Notes: generated by a model from the letters alone, not told the origin. A DNA stretch of 64,000 nt from Actinomycetota bacterium (GCA_041165585.1 JBEANF010000013.1:7692-71691), one strand, 5' to 3'. Numbered from the stretch's first letter, positions 52,839-62,407 are shown. Program-made: numbers and translations.

Positions 52839-53698
52839 TTCTCGTTTTGACGGCGTAGAAAACGTTCTAATTCACGAGCGATCTCATCTCCAGATACATC
52901 TTTAAATTCGGTGGCATCTTTACTCTCCTCTAAAGCCTTCACATATTCGGAGACTTCAGAGTCTTCTTCGGCCATTTCCGAGACTTCGTTCTCCCATTCT
53001 TTTGCCTGATGTTCCAGATCGGCAAGAGAGATGGAGATCTCTAGAAAATCTTCAACCGCGTTAACCAGAGCAAGCGTTGCTTTTGGAGATGGGGAATTTG
53101 ATGCGTAATGGGGGAGACCGGCCCACAAAGAAACGCAATCAATCCCTCGTCTGACACAACCGTCGCCGATGATTCCAAGAATCCCTGTTGGTCCTTCATA
53201 TTTGCTTATTTCAACACCTAAGCGGGCTGCGATATCGGGATGTCCACCGCTACCACTTACTGAAATTGGTCGAGTATGGGGAGCATCCGCGAGCATGGCT
53301 CCAAGAGTTACTACTAATTCAACTTCGAGATCATCGGCTAGATCCAGAAGCAACGTAGTAAATGTTTTCCACTTCATCGATGGTTCAACACCCAGTACCA
53401 GAACAAAATCGTTTTCAAACTCTGGTGTGCTTAGACCGTATATTTGAGTCGAAGGCCAATTAACGCTACGAACTAACGAATCGTCGACAGAGATCATCGG
53501 ACGATTTACCTGAAAATCGTAGAAATCCTCCGGTTCGTATTCGGCAATGAGCACGGCTTCAGAAGAGAGTGATCCGTGACTCAAATTCTCCATCAGGTGC
53601 GTTAATGCGCTAGTTGCAGCCTCGCCGGCATCACTCCAGCCCGAGAATGCAACAATCATGATCGGCTGGCGCAACTGTGGGATCTGAAAAATCTCCAT
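52835..53698 (-). CDS. PAC2 family (proteasome assembly chaperone-like) protein
   Basis: AF.GW.DAG.AA, DFQVNRP, G.EP...W, LG..LAD.PHTRP, YEGPTGI and PHY. Start ATG 53698 or GTG 53707. Confidence 0.88.
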   Translation of the reverse strand: MEIFQIPQLRQPIMIVAFSGWSDAGEAATSALTHLMENLSHGSLSSEAVLIAEYEPEDFYDFQVNRPMISVDDSLVRSVNWPSTQIYGLSTPEFENDFVLVLGVEPSMKWKTFTTLLLDLADDLEVELVVTLGAMLADAPHTRPISVSGSGGHPDIAARLGVEISKYEGPTGILGIIGDGCVRRGIDCVSLWAGLPHYASNSPSPKATLALVNAVEDFLEISISLADLEHQAKEWENEVSEMAEEDSEVSEYVKALEESKDATEFKDVSGDEIARELERFLRRQNEN

Positions 53699-53727
53699 AT
53701 CGCTCACCTTAAGGTAACCTTCACGGC
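53699..53727. promoter_or_regulatory. Back-to-back leaderless promoters for PAC2 and metH
   Basis: Plus-strand TAACCT (53715-53720) is 7 nt before GTG 53728. Minus-strand TAAGGT (53711-53706) is 7 nt before ATG 53698. Palindrome ACCTTAAGGT at 53706-53715. Confidence 0.55.
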
Positions 53728-56700
53728 GTGACGAGCGCTAAAACACCATCTGAGCTAAGAAAAGCTCTCGCTTTTCGCGTCGTGATCGCAGATGGGGCCA
53801 TGGGAACCATGCTTCAGGCAGCCGATCCAACCTTGGAGGATTTCCAAGGCCATGAGGGTTGTAATGAGATTTTAAATGTCTCACGTCCAGATATCGTGCG
53901 CTCAGTCCACGATAAATACCTAGCTGTAGGCGTCGATGCAATCGAAACGAATACCTTCGGTGCAAACTGGGCGAACCTGGCTGAGTACGGAATTGAAGAT
54001 CGAATCTATGAACTTGCATATGCCGGCGGAGTAATCGCTCGAGAGGCAGCAGATGCCTTCACCACACCAGAAAAGCCGCGATTTGTCTTAGGTTCACTTG
54101 GCCCAGGCACGAAACTGCCAAGTTTAGGTCACACTACCTATGCTCACTTGAAAGATGCTTATGAGATTGCCGCGAAGGGATTGATTGATTCGGGTTCTGA
54201 CGCGCTGTTGGTTGAGACCACACAAGATCTTCTTCAAGCCAAAGCTGCAGTCAATGGTGCACGCGCAGCCATAGATAAATCCGATCGTGATGTTCTTTTA
54301 ATCGCCCAAGTGACTGTTGAAACAACTGGCACGATGCTTCTTGGTTCAGAAATTGGTGCAGCGCTTAACTCTTTAGAACCCCTCAATATTGATTTGATCG
54401 GACTGAACTGCGCAACCGGGCCAGCTGAAATGTCTGAACATTTGAGATATCTGAGCAAGAATGCACATTGCGCGATTTCGGTAATGCCTAATGCTGGGCT
54501 TCCTGAACTGGGTCCAAAGGGTGCAACGTACCCGCTTGGCCCAGATGCACTTGCACAAGCACTTGCTACTTTTGTTGATGAATACAAAATCTCACTTATC
54601 GGTGGTTGTTGTGGAACGACACCAGAGCATTTGGCTGCCGTTGTAGAAAAGTTGGATCGCAAACCAGTCGGTTCTCGTTCTTCTGAGATTGAACCAGGTG
54701 CATCATCGCTCTACCAATATGTGCCTTTTCGACAAGATAATGCCTTTTTAGCAATTGGTGAACGAACCAATGCCAATGGTTCCCGTGCCTTCCGAGATGC
54801 TCTAATCGCAGAAGATTGGGAGACATGTGTAGAAATTGCTCGCGATCAAATTCGCGACGGAGCGCACATGCTTGATCTTTCGATTGACTATGTTGGTCGA
54901 GATGGTGTGCGCGATATGACTGAGATTGCCCACCGCTTTGCCACTTCATCAACTCTTCCAATTATGTTGGATTCAACAGAGCCAGCAGTTCTCAGAGCAG
55001 GGCTTGAACAACTCGGTGGACGATGCGTGATCAATTCAGTCAACTATGAAGATGGTGATGGTCCAACATCTCGCTTTGCTCGCATCATGCCTTTAGTAGT
55101 TGAACATGGTGCATCTGTCGTTGCGCTCACTATCGATGAAGAGGGTCAAGCTAGAACCGCTGAGTGGAAACTCAGAGTTGCGCGACGCCTCATTGCTGAT
55201 TTAGTCGATAACTGGAAGATGCAGGTTGGCGATATTTTGATCGACACACTGACATTTCCTATTGCAACTGGGCAAGAAGAGACCCGACGCGACGGACTAG
55301 AAACTATTAACGCGATTCGTACCTTGAAGAGTGAGTTCCCGGACGTTCAAACAACTCTGGGAGTAAGTAACGTCTCCTTTGGACTCAATCCTGCCGCTCG
55401 CGTCGTTCTTAACTCTGTTTTTCTGCACGAATGCGTCGCAGCTGGTTTGGACTCTGCCATTGTTCATCCCTCAAAGATTATGCCGTTAGCGCGCATCGAA
55501 GAGACTCAACGCAAAGTCGCCTTGGATCTGATTTACGACCGCCGAGAATATAACGGCGATGAGTGCACTTATGATCCATTGAATGCTTACCTCCAATTAT
55601 TTGAAGGGGTTGAGCTCACGGCTTCTCGCAATGTTCGGGCAGCTGAGCTTGCCGCACTTCCGTTGGAAGAGCGTTTACAGCGCCGAATTATTGATGGAGA
55701 AAAAGTTGGTTTGACCGATGATCTCGATCTTGCGATGGCTCAAGGAATTAAGCCACTGGCAATCATTAATGACCATCTACTTGAGGGAATGAAGATTGTG
55801 GGTGAGCTCTTTGGCAAGGGCGAGATGCAGCTTCCATTCGTCTTGCAATCGGCAGAGGTTATGAAGACCGCGGTTGCGTACCTAGAACCCCATATGGAGA
55901 AGATTGATTCTGAAGGTAAAGGATCGATCCTGTTGGCAACAGTTAAAGGCGATGTACACGACATCGGTAAAAACTTGGTCGACATCATCTTGTCCAATAA
56001 TGGTTACCGTGTAGTAAATATCGGCATTAAGCAGACCATTAATCAAATTATTGATGCTGCCCAAGAAGCGGAAGTCGATGCGATTGGTATGTCAGGACTT
56101 CTCGTAAAGTCCACGGTGATTATGCGTGAGAATCTACAAGAACTTACCGCTCGCAGTCTTGATCAAAAGTGGCCGGTTATTCTGGGCGGCGCAGCGCTTA
56201 CTAGAGCATTCGTTGAAGTCGATTTAGCCGGTGAGTTCCCAGGAGAAGTTCGATATGCACGCGATGCTTTCGAAGGATTGCATCTAATGGATGCCATTAT
56301 GGCGGTTAAGAAAGGTGTTCCAGGAGCAGCGTTACCAGCTCTGCGTGAGCGAAAAGTTAAAGCCGTCACTAAGAGCGTTGGCGATTCCCCTATAGATACT
56401 CGACGAAGCGATGTTGCAGTCGATATAGATATTCCGAATGCGCCTTTCTTCGGATCACGAATCGTTAAAGGTATTCCGCTAGCTGACTACGTCGGCATGC
56501 TCGATGAACGCGCATTATTTGTTGGGCAATGGGGTCTTAAAGGAAACCGGGGTGAATACGAATCAATGGTCGAGAGTGAGGGTCGTCCGCGCCTTCGTGC
56601 CTTGCTTAATGAAGTGCAATCACAAGGGTGGCTCAATGCCGCAGTTGTCTACGGTTATTTTCCATGTGTGAGTGACGGCAATGATCTTGTGATCTTGCAC

Positions 56701-57225
56701 CATGAAGGTCCAGATAAGGGCCGAGAGAGAACTCGCTTCTCGTTTCCGCGCCAATCACGTGATCGCAGGCTCTGTATCTCCGACTTCTTCGCATCGAAAG
56801 ATTCAGGTAAAACGGATGTCGTCTCATTCCACGTTGTCACAATGGGTAGCGTCGTATCTGATGCGGCTGCGAAGTTATTTGCCGACAATCACTATCGCGA
56901 GTACATGGAACTGCACGGATTATCAGTACAACTCACAGAGGCGTTGGCCGAACACTGGCATGCACGCATCCGTGAGGAGATGAGCGTAAGAGATGCTGAT
57001 GCGCCAGATTTGGCAGGAATACTCGATCAGGGATATCGCGGCTCTCGTTACTCTTTCGGGTACCCAGCTTGTCCAGATATTGAGCAACAAGTTCAACTTT
57101 GTCAGTTACTTGAACCAGAGCGAATTGGTGTTGAGTTATCAGAGGAGTTTCAGTTGCATCCTGAGCAATCAACTTCGGCGATCATCGTTCATCATCCCGA
57201 GGCTAAATATTTCAACGCCAACTAA
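53728..57225 (+). CDS. metH: Cobalamin-dependent methionine synthase
   Basis: DGAMGT, NCATGP, GGCCGT, IGERTNANGS, GDVHDIGKNLV (B12-binding) and RYSFGYPACP. Confidence 0.97.
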   Translation: MTSAKTPSELRKALAFRVVIADGAMGTMLQAADPTLEDFQGHEGCNEILNVSRPDIVRSVHDKYLAVGVDAIETNTFGANWANLAEYGIEDRIYELAYAGGVIAREAADAFTTPEKPRFVLGSLGPGTKLPSLGHTTYAHLKDAYEIAAKGLIDSGSDALLVETTQDLLQAKAAVNGARAAIDKSDRDVLLIAQVTVETTGTMLLGSEIGAALNSLEPLNIDLIGLNCATGPAEMSEHLRYLSKNAHCAISVMPNAGLPELGPKGATYPLGPDALAQALATFVDEYKISLIGGCCGTTPEHLAAVVEKLDRKPVGSRSSEIEPGASSLYQYVPFRQDNAFLAIGERTNANGSRAFRDALIAEDWETCVEIARDQIRDGAHMLDLSIDYVGRDGVRDMTEIAHRFATSSTLPIMLDSTEPAVLRAGLEQLGGRCVINSVNYEDGDGPTSRFARIMPLVVEHGASVVALTIDEEGQARTAEWKLRVARRLIADLVDNWKMQVGDILIDTLTFPIATGQEETRRDGLETINAIRTLKSEFPDVQTTLGVSNVSFGLNPAARVVLNSVFLHECVAAGLDSAIVHPSKIMPLARIEETQRKVALDLIYDRREYNGDECTYDPLNAYLQLFEGVELTASRNVRAAELAALPLEERLQRRIIDGEKVGLTDDLDLAMAQGIKPLAIINDHLLEGMKIVGELFGKGEMQLPFVLQSAEVMKTAVAYLEPHMEKIDSEGKGSILLATVKGDVHDIGKNLVDIILSNNGYRVVNIGIKQTINQIIDAAQEAEVDAIGMSGLLVKSTVIMRENLQELTARSLDQKWPVILGGAALTRAFVEVDLAGEFPGEVRYARDAFEGLHLMDAIMAVKKGVPGAALPALRERKVKAVTKSVGDSPIDTRRSDVAVDIDIPNAPFFGSRIVKGIPLADYVGMLDERALFVGQWGLKGNRGEYESMVESEGRPRLRALLNEVQSQGWLNAAVVYGYFPCVSDGNDLVILHHEGPDKGRERTRFSFPRQSRDRRLCISDFFASKDSGKTDVVSFHVVTMGSVVSDAAAKLFADNHYREYMELHGLSVQLTEALAEHWHARIREEMSVRDADAPDLAGILDQGYRGSRYSFGYPACPDIEQQVQLCQLLEPERIGVELSEEFQLHPEQSTSAIIVHHPEAKYFNAN

Positions 57226-57234
57226 GGCTCGCCC

Positions 57235-57888
57235 ATGACATTCAAGGCGGCTTTCTTTGACATGGATGGACTCTTCCTAGATTCGGAGCCACAGTGGCAC
57301 GATTCGCAGAGAGAGATATGTGCTCGGTACTCATATGAGTGGGACGATGAAGATCAACGTATCTGTATCGGGGGACCACTAGCTCGGGTGGGTGAGTACA
57401 TCGCCCATACATGTGCACACGATAGAACCGGCCAGGATATCGTCAATGAACTTATCCAAATGATGCTTAAGAAACTCTCGCGACAAGCACTGCTTATGCC
57501 AGGGGCATTTGATGCAGTGAACACTCTACGCAGTCAGATGCCGGTTGCATTAGTGAGCGCCAGCCCCAGAAATCTCATGGACGCTGCCTTAACTACCCTG
57601 CCCGATGGATTCTTTGCATTTACGGTCAGCGCCGATGATGTCGCACGGACCAAACCTTTTCCTGACCCATACCTTCTTGCTGCTACAAAGATGGGATTCG
57701 ATCCTGGCGATTGCGTTGTCTTTGAGGACTCTCTCACTGGCATCGAATCTGCAAAGGCAGCTGGCTGCAATGTCATTGCGGTGCCGCATTATGTTGATGT
57801 GCCGTTAGAGCCTCGAGTTATCGTTCTTAAATCACTTGAGGGATTGACCACTGAGACGGTTTCAGAATTTTATCTTCGTACTCACTGA
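57235..57888 (+). CDS. HAD family hydrolase
   Basis: FDMDG...DSE, KP.PDPY and FEDS..G motifs. Confidence 0.9.
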   Translation: MTFKAAFFDMDGLFLDSEPQWHDSQREICARYSYEWDDEDQRICIGGPLARVGEYIAHTCAHDRTGQDIVNELIQMMLKKLSRQALLMPGAFDAVNTLRSQMPVALVSASPRNLMDAALTTLPDGFFAFTVSADDVARTKPFPDPYLLAATKMGFDPGDCVVFEDSLTGIESAKAAGCNVIAVPHYVDVPLEPRVIVLKSLEGLTTETVSEFYLRTH

Positions 57889-58634
57889 TGTGCGGGACAG
57901 ATAGTCTTAAAGAAACACCAATCGCATAAGCGAGTTGGCTTTGCAGGGAAGCGATCGTTCTGAATTGCCTCGATGATCTCGTCCGCAATCTGGAGGAGTT
58001 TCTTCTCTGTCGATAGCAATTCCTTCTCGGTGGGCGCACTTTTTACACTCCGTGCGTCACCTAAATAATGAAGTACGAGAAGACTGGGAATCACTGCATG
58101 TAAGCGCCAATATAGAAGTGCATACACTCGTAGCTGAAAGAGCGCTTTCTCCTCCCAGCCAGGCTTAGGCGATTTTCCACTTTTGTAATCAACGATACGA
58201 ACTTCACCAGTTGGAGCGATATCGATGCGATCTACGTAACCGTGGAGGTACACATCCTTGGTTAAATCTTGTTCCAGATGCATTTCACGATGAGTTGCTT
58301 CGAAAGTTTCGGGCTTTTCCAGAATAAAATAGTTTTTGAGTAGCGCTGCCACCCGATCTATCCACTCCTTTTGATTAAGGACTAAGGATTCAAGTTCGGG
58401 TTTGGCTTCAATTTGAAGTCTCCACCGATCCGGGGCCATCGAGATGGCCTTTTCATGAACTCTCTGGTCTGGGGGAAGATCAAAAAGATCTTCCAAGATC
58501 GAATGAATGAGAGTTCCACGTTCGGCATCAATGCTCGGAGGTTCGGGAAGTTGATCAATTACTCGGTACTTATAGAGTTGCGGACAGTTATTGAATTCGC
58601 TCACTCGGCTGGGGGAGAGTCGAATTTGAGTCAC
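57882..58634 (-). CDS. RecB family PD-(D/E)XK exonuclease (Cas4-like 4-Cys arrangement)
   Basis: LSPS....CP, G..IH, G.VDRID, IVDYKSG, QL..YA and C.WC.....CP. Confidence 0.88.
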   Translation of the reverse strand: MTQIRLSPSRVSEFNNCPQLYKYRVIDQLPEPPSIDAERGTLIHSILEDLFDLPPDQRVHEKAISMAPDRWRLQIEAKPELESLVLNQKEWIDRVAALLKNYFILEKPETFEATHREMHLEQDLTKDVYLHGYVDRIDIAPTGEVRIVDYKSGKSPKPGWEEKALFQLRVYALLYWRLHAVIPSLLVLHYLGDARSVKSAPTEKELLSTEKKLLQIADEIIEAIQNDRFPAKPTRLCDWCFFKTICPAHQ

Positions 58635-58685
58635 ATCCGAGACGATACCCTCACCAATGCTCTATTCCTCGCCTAAGATAGCGTC

Positions 58686-59564
58686 GTGTCCGAATCACCT
58701 GATAAGTCCACTCCGAGAGGATCTGGCTACTTCGCAGCCGGTGATCGCATCCAACTGACCGATCCCAAAGGAAAGCTGTACAGCTTCACCATCACGCCGG
58801 GAAAAGAATGGCACACCCATAAAGGTTGGATCGTCCATGATGATTTGATTGGTTTGCCTGAAGGTTCCGTCGTCTCCACAACCGCAGGTCTGAAGTTCAC
58901 AGCATTTATTCCGCTGTTATCGGATTACGTTCTCTCAATGCCACGTGGGGCAACGATCGTTTATCCAAAGGATGCCGCCATGATTGTTGGGGTTGCAGAT
59001 ATTTATCCAGGAGCACGAGTTCTTGAGGCTGGAGTTGGAAGTGGCGCGCTCTCACTCTCCTTACTTCGGGCAGTCGGATCATACGGTTCTGTAGATTCTT
59101 TCGAGCGTCGTGAAGACTTTGCGGAAATTGCCACCAATAATGTCCGCGATTACTTCTCTTCACTGCCATCGAACTGGTCCCTCACTGTTGGATCCGTACA
59201 GGATCATCCGCATCAGAAGGTTTATGATCGTGTAATCCTAGACATGCTTGCACCGTGGGAATGTGTTGAGATGGCGGCGCAGGTTCTTCGTCCTGGAGGA
59301 GTTTTCCTTGCCTATGTGGCAACCACCACGCAGCTCTCGACAACAGCCGAAGCGCTGAAATCAGATGGACATTTCACGGAGCCAGAGAGTTCCGAGACGA
59401 TAGTGCGCGGATGGCATCACGAAGGTTTAGCAGTTCGCCCCCAACAGAGAATGATTGGGCACACCGGATTTTTAATTCAGAGTAGACGAATGGCCCCTGG
59501 TGTAGAAGTTCTTGCTCGGAGACGGCGCCCGGCTAAAGGTGCTTACGGTGTCGCGGAAGAGTGA
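58686..59564 (+). CDS. trmI: tRNA (adenine(58)-N1)-methyltransferase
   Basis: LTDPKG, MPRGA..VYPKD, VLEAGVGSGAL, LDMLAPW and HTGFL. Confidence 0.94.
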   Translation: MSESPDKSTPRGSGYFAAGDRIQLTDPKGKLYSFTITPGKEWHTHKGWIVHDDLIGLPEGSVVSTTAGLKFTAFIPLLSDYVLSMPRGATIVYPKDAAMIVGVADIYPGARVLEAGVGSGALSLSLLRAVGSYGSVDSFERREDFAEIATNNVRDYFSSLPSNWSLTVGSVQDHPHQKVYDRVILDMLAPWECVEMAAQVLRPGGVFLAYVATTTQLSTTAEALKSDGHFTEPESSETIVRGWHHEGLAVRPQQRMIGHTGFLIQSRRMAPGVEVLARRRRPAKGAYGVAEE

Positions 59565-60477
59565 GCGTTTAGTCAATCTTACGATTGCGCTACTTGCGAC
59601 TAAGCGTTATCTGACTAAGAGTGAGATTTTTAGGACTGTCGATGGGTACGAAGGTACGCCTGAAGCCATGGAGCGCATGTTCGAACGGGATAAGGATGAC
59701 TTACGTGGACTCGGCATCACTATCGAGTTAGGCACTTTTGATCCACTATTTGAAGATGAAGCGGGTTACCGAATAACCCCTGCCAGTTATCAATTAGATT
59801 TAGGAAAACTTGAGCCTCAAGATATTGCCATCCTTTCATTGGCCGCATCCGCATGGTCCGGGGCTGCGCTGGAGAAGGAATCAACCTCTGCTCTTGTAAA
59901 ATTGAACTCTCTTGGAATCGAATCCGATGCGGATTCGCTATCAATTCTTGCTCCTCGGATTGGTGCCGTTGATCCCAATTTTAAGATCGTAACAGATGCA
60001 ATTATAAGAAGAGCGCAAGTATCCTTTAATTACACTGGTACTGACCTATCGATTACACGTAAAGAGATATGGCCATACTCCCTCAAGGGGGATAAGGGCT
60101 CGTGGTATCTCATCGGGGAAGATATCGGTTTAAAGGAAAATCGAACGTTTCGTCTCGATCGAATTCAAGGTGATGTAACTGCATCCAAGCGCAGTGAGAT
60201 GTTCACTTTGCCTGAACAGATCGGAACCTTTGACTACAGTCAATCTGCACTGGCAACTCTTAAGGTGCGAAAGAACCGAGGCTCTCAGTTACGTAATTTG
60301 GCAAGCAATTCCACCGAAAGCGGTGAATGGGATCTGATCGAGATTCCGATTGTAAATTCCTCATGGTTGATCTCCTCAATTCTCTGGCATTTAGATGATG
60401 TTGAAGTTGTGTCACCTTTTGAATTGAGATCACACGTCATAGCAAACCTTAAGCAGATGCAGGCCTTACATGTCTAA
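59548..60477 (+). CDS. pafB: WYL-domain transcriptional activator PafB
   Basis: SERLVNL.IALL, RMFERDK..LR..G wHTH, and WYL domain (WYL.G...R.FRLDRI). GTG 59548 overlaps the end of trmI. Confidence 0.9.
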   Translation: MSRKSERLVNLTIALLATKRYLTKSEIFRTVDGYEGTPEAMERMFERDKDDLRGLGITIELGTFDPLFEDEAGYRITPASYQLDLGKLEPQDIAILSLAASAWSGAALEKESTSALVKLNSLGIESDADSLSILAPRIGAVDPNFKIVTDAIIRRAQVSFNYTGTDLSITRKEIWPYSLKGDKGSWYLIGEDIGLKENRTFRLDRIQGDVTASKRSEMFTLPEQIGTFDYSQSALATLKVRKNRGSQLRNLASNSTESGEWDLIEIPIVNSSWLISSILWHLDDVEVVSPFELRSHVIANLKQMQALHV

Positions 60478-61381
60478 AAACCCGGCCACACCGTTAGATC
60501 AAACCGCACGGCTACTTGATTTAGTGCCGTTTCTCATTTCACATCAGGGGATCTCACTAAAAGATCTCTCTTCCCATTTCAAGGTATCTGAGGAAGTACT
60601 TCTTGATGACCTAAACACATTATGGATGTGTGGTCTTCCGGGCTACACACCTCTAGAACTAATCGATCTGGCGTTCGATTCTGGATATGTCACTATTCGC
60701 AACGCATCTACGCTTTCCCCGGTGAGAACGATGTCTAGTTCGGAGATCGCATCTCTTCTTTTTGGACTCGATCTCTTACGTCAATCGGTAGCCCCGTCTG
60801 ATACCGATACTTTTGCTCGCATTGAAAAACTATCTCAAAAGTTGCAATCAAGGATTGGAAAGGTTGCCTTCTCGGCCGATCCTAGCGACCGATTTCATTC
60901 AGTCATCTCTAAAGCCATAGTGGATCGTTCCTCTCTTTCGATTCGCTATTTCTCCTTAAGCAATGATGAAGTCTCGCTGCGAATCGTTTCTCCCTTTCAC
61001 TTTTTTAGCATTGATGGTGATGAGTACTTCGAGGCGTTTTGTCACTCAGCTAAATCAATTCGCACATTCAAGCTAAATCGGGTGGAGCAAGCAGAGTTCG
61101 TTCCTACGCCTGCTGGTAAGCAAGAAAGCGGAGCAAAAGATTCTTCTAAAGTCAGGGCGCTAGCCAAGGTACATCGGGGGGATCGCGCTGCTGCTGAGGT
61201 TCTCGCTCTTAGCTATGGCTTGGTAGTGGTCGGGGCAACAGTCGAAATCGATGCTTTTTCCACTGAGTGGTTGCTCCGAGCCATTGCGTCTAGCGCCGGG
61301 GCGCTTTCAGTTGAAGAGCCAACGGCTATCAGGTCAGCAATTTCAGAAGGAATTTCCAGAACATTGGCCTTATATGAATAG
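60470..61381 (+). CDS. pafC: WYL-domain transcriptional activator PafC
   Basis: RLL.LVP, DL..LWMCGLPGYTP.ELID, and WYL domain (Y..A.C.....RTF..R). Confidence 0.9.
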   Translation: MSKNPATPLDQTARLLDLVPFLISHQGISLKDLSSHFKVSEEVLLDDLNTLWMCGLPGYTPLELIDLAFDSGYVTIRNASTLSPVRTMSSSEIASLLFGLDLLRQSVAPSDTDTFARIEKLSQKLQSRIGKVAFSADPSDRFHSVISKAIVDRSSLSIRYFSLSNDEVSLRIVSPFHFFSIDGDEYFEAFCHSAKSIRTFKLNRVEQAEFVPTPAGKQESGAKDSSKVRALAKVHRGDRAAAEVLALSYGLVVVGATVEIDAFSTEWLLRAIASSAGALSVEEPTAIRSAISEGISRTLALYE

Positions 61382-61436
61382 GGTGCGATAGCGTTAGCCT
61401 CGTAATTGAGTCAGCTCACACCGCAGGGGAGAATCC

Positions 61437-61619
61437 ATGTTTCTCAAAGAACCTACACACATTCTGCTTGTTCTTGTCGTCATTATTTTGCTCTTTGGCG
61501 CAAAGCGACTCCCGGATTCTGCCCGTTCGCTCGGAAAGTCGCTAAAAATCTTCAAGTCCGAAATTAAAGATAATAAGGATGAGAAGAAGCCAGACCAAGA
61601 CGGCCAAGCTTCCGCATAA
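61437..61619 (+). CDS. tatA: Twin-arginine translocase subunit TatA
   Basis: [25 protein letters not shown]. Confidence 0.95.
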   Translation: MFLKEPTHILLVLVVIILLFGAKRLPDSARSLGKSLKIFKSEIKDNKDEKKPDQDGQASA

Positions 61620-61624
61620 CATCT

Positions 61625-62407
61625 ATGTCGACCCCATCTGGCGGTCGCATGCCGCTGCTAGAACATTTACGCGAACTGCGTAAAAGGGTTGTTCGAAGCG
61701 CGATCGCGATCACATTAGCAGCCATCATTGGATGGGTTTTCTATACCGACATCATCACTACCTTGGCCAAACCAGTCTGTGATCTCAAGACCGCTCAGGA
61801 GACTGGTGCCGATAACTGTGGCGCCCTTTATATCAATGGAGTACTAGGACCGCTCAATCTTCACATCAAGGTTGCGATACTCACTGGATTACTTCTTGCG
61901 GCTCCTTTCTGGCTCTATCAGCTGTGGGCTTTTATCGCACCGGCACTCCATAGAAGAGAGAAGAGAAATTCAATCCTCTTCATACTAGCTGCCACTCCGT
62001 TCTTCTCAGTTGGCGCCTATTTTGGATACACGATACTTCCATTAGCTATTCGAGTTCTCTTTGGCTTCACTCCTGATGCACTCAATAACCTGGTGAAATT
62101 TGATGACTATCTTGATTTTGTTACCAGAACAATCTTCTTCTTCGGGATTGGTTTTGAGCTTCCGGTCTTTCTCGTCGCTCTTAATCTAATAGGTGCGATA
62201 AGCGGTAAGGGGATACTTCGCCCTTGGAGAATTTGGGTATTCGTGATCACTCTCTTTGTAGCTGGATTCACGCCTAGTCCAGATCCGCTCTCTATGCTTG
62301 CTTTAGCCCTTCCACTTATTCTGCTTTACTTTTTAGCAGGATTTATAGCGCTATTAAATGATCGACGGCGAGAGAAGAAACAAGCTCGTGCTGATATTGG
62401 CAGTTAA
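61625..62407 (+). CDS. tatC: Twin-arginine translocase subunit TatC
   Basis: MPL.EHLRELR, YQLWAFIAP.L..E, FELP and TP.PDP.SM motifs. Confidence 0.95.
   Translation: MSTPSGGRMPLLEHLRELRKRVVRSAIAITLAAIIGWVFYTDIITTLAKPVCDLKTAQETGADNCGALYINGVLGPLNLHIKVAILTGLLLAAPFWLYQLWAFIAPALHRREKRNSILFILAATPFFSVGAYFGYTILPLAIRVLFGFTPDALNNLVKFDDYLDFVTRTIFFFGIGFELPVFLVALNLIGAISGKGILRPWRIWVFVITLFVAGFTPSPDPLSMLALALPLILLYFLAGFIALLNDRRREKKQARADIGS

Noticed and set aside
57882-58634. Cas4-like nuclease near WYL-domain genes as a possible CRISPR/defence system
   Set aside because: No repeat array or cas1/cas2 was seen. The RecB-family nuclease, trmI, pafBC and tatAC order is the standard actinobacterial core locus.
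61437-62407. tatB missing from the tat locus, and pyrE missing from the pyr operon
   Set aside because: Both genes are normally located elsewhere in actinobacterial genomes.
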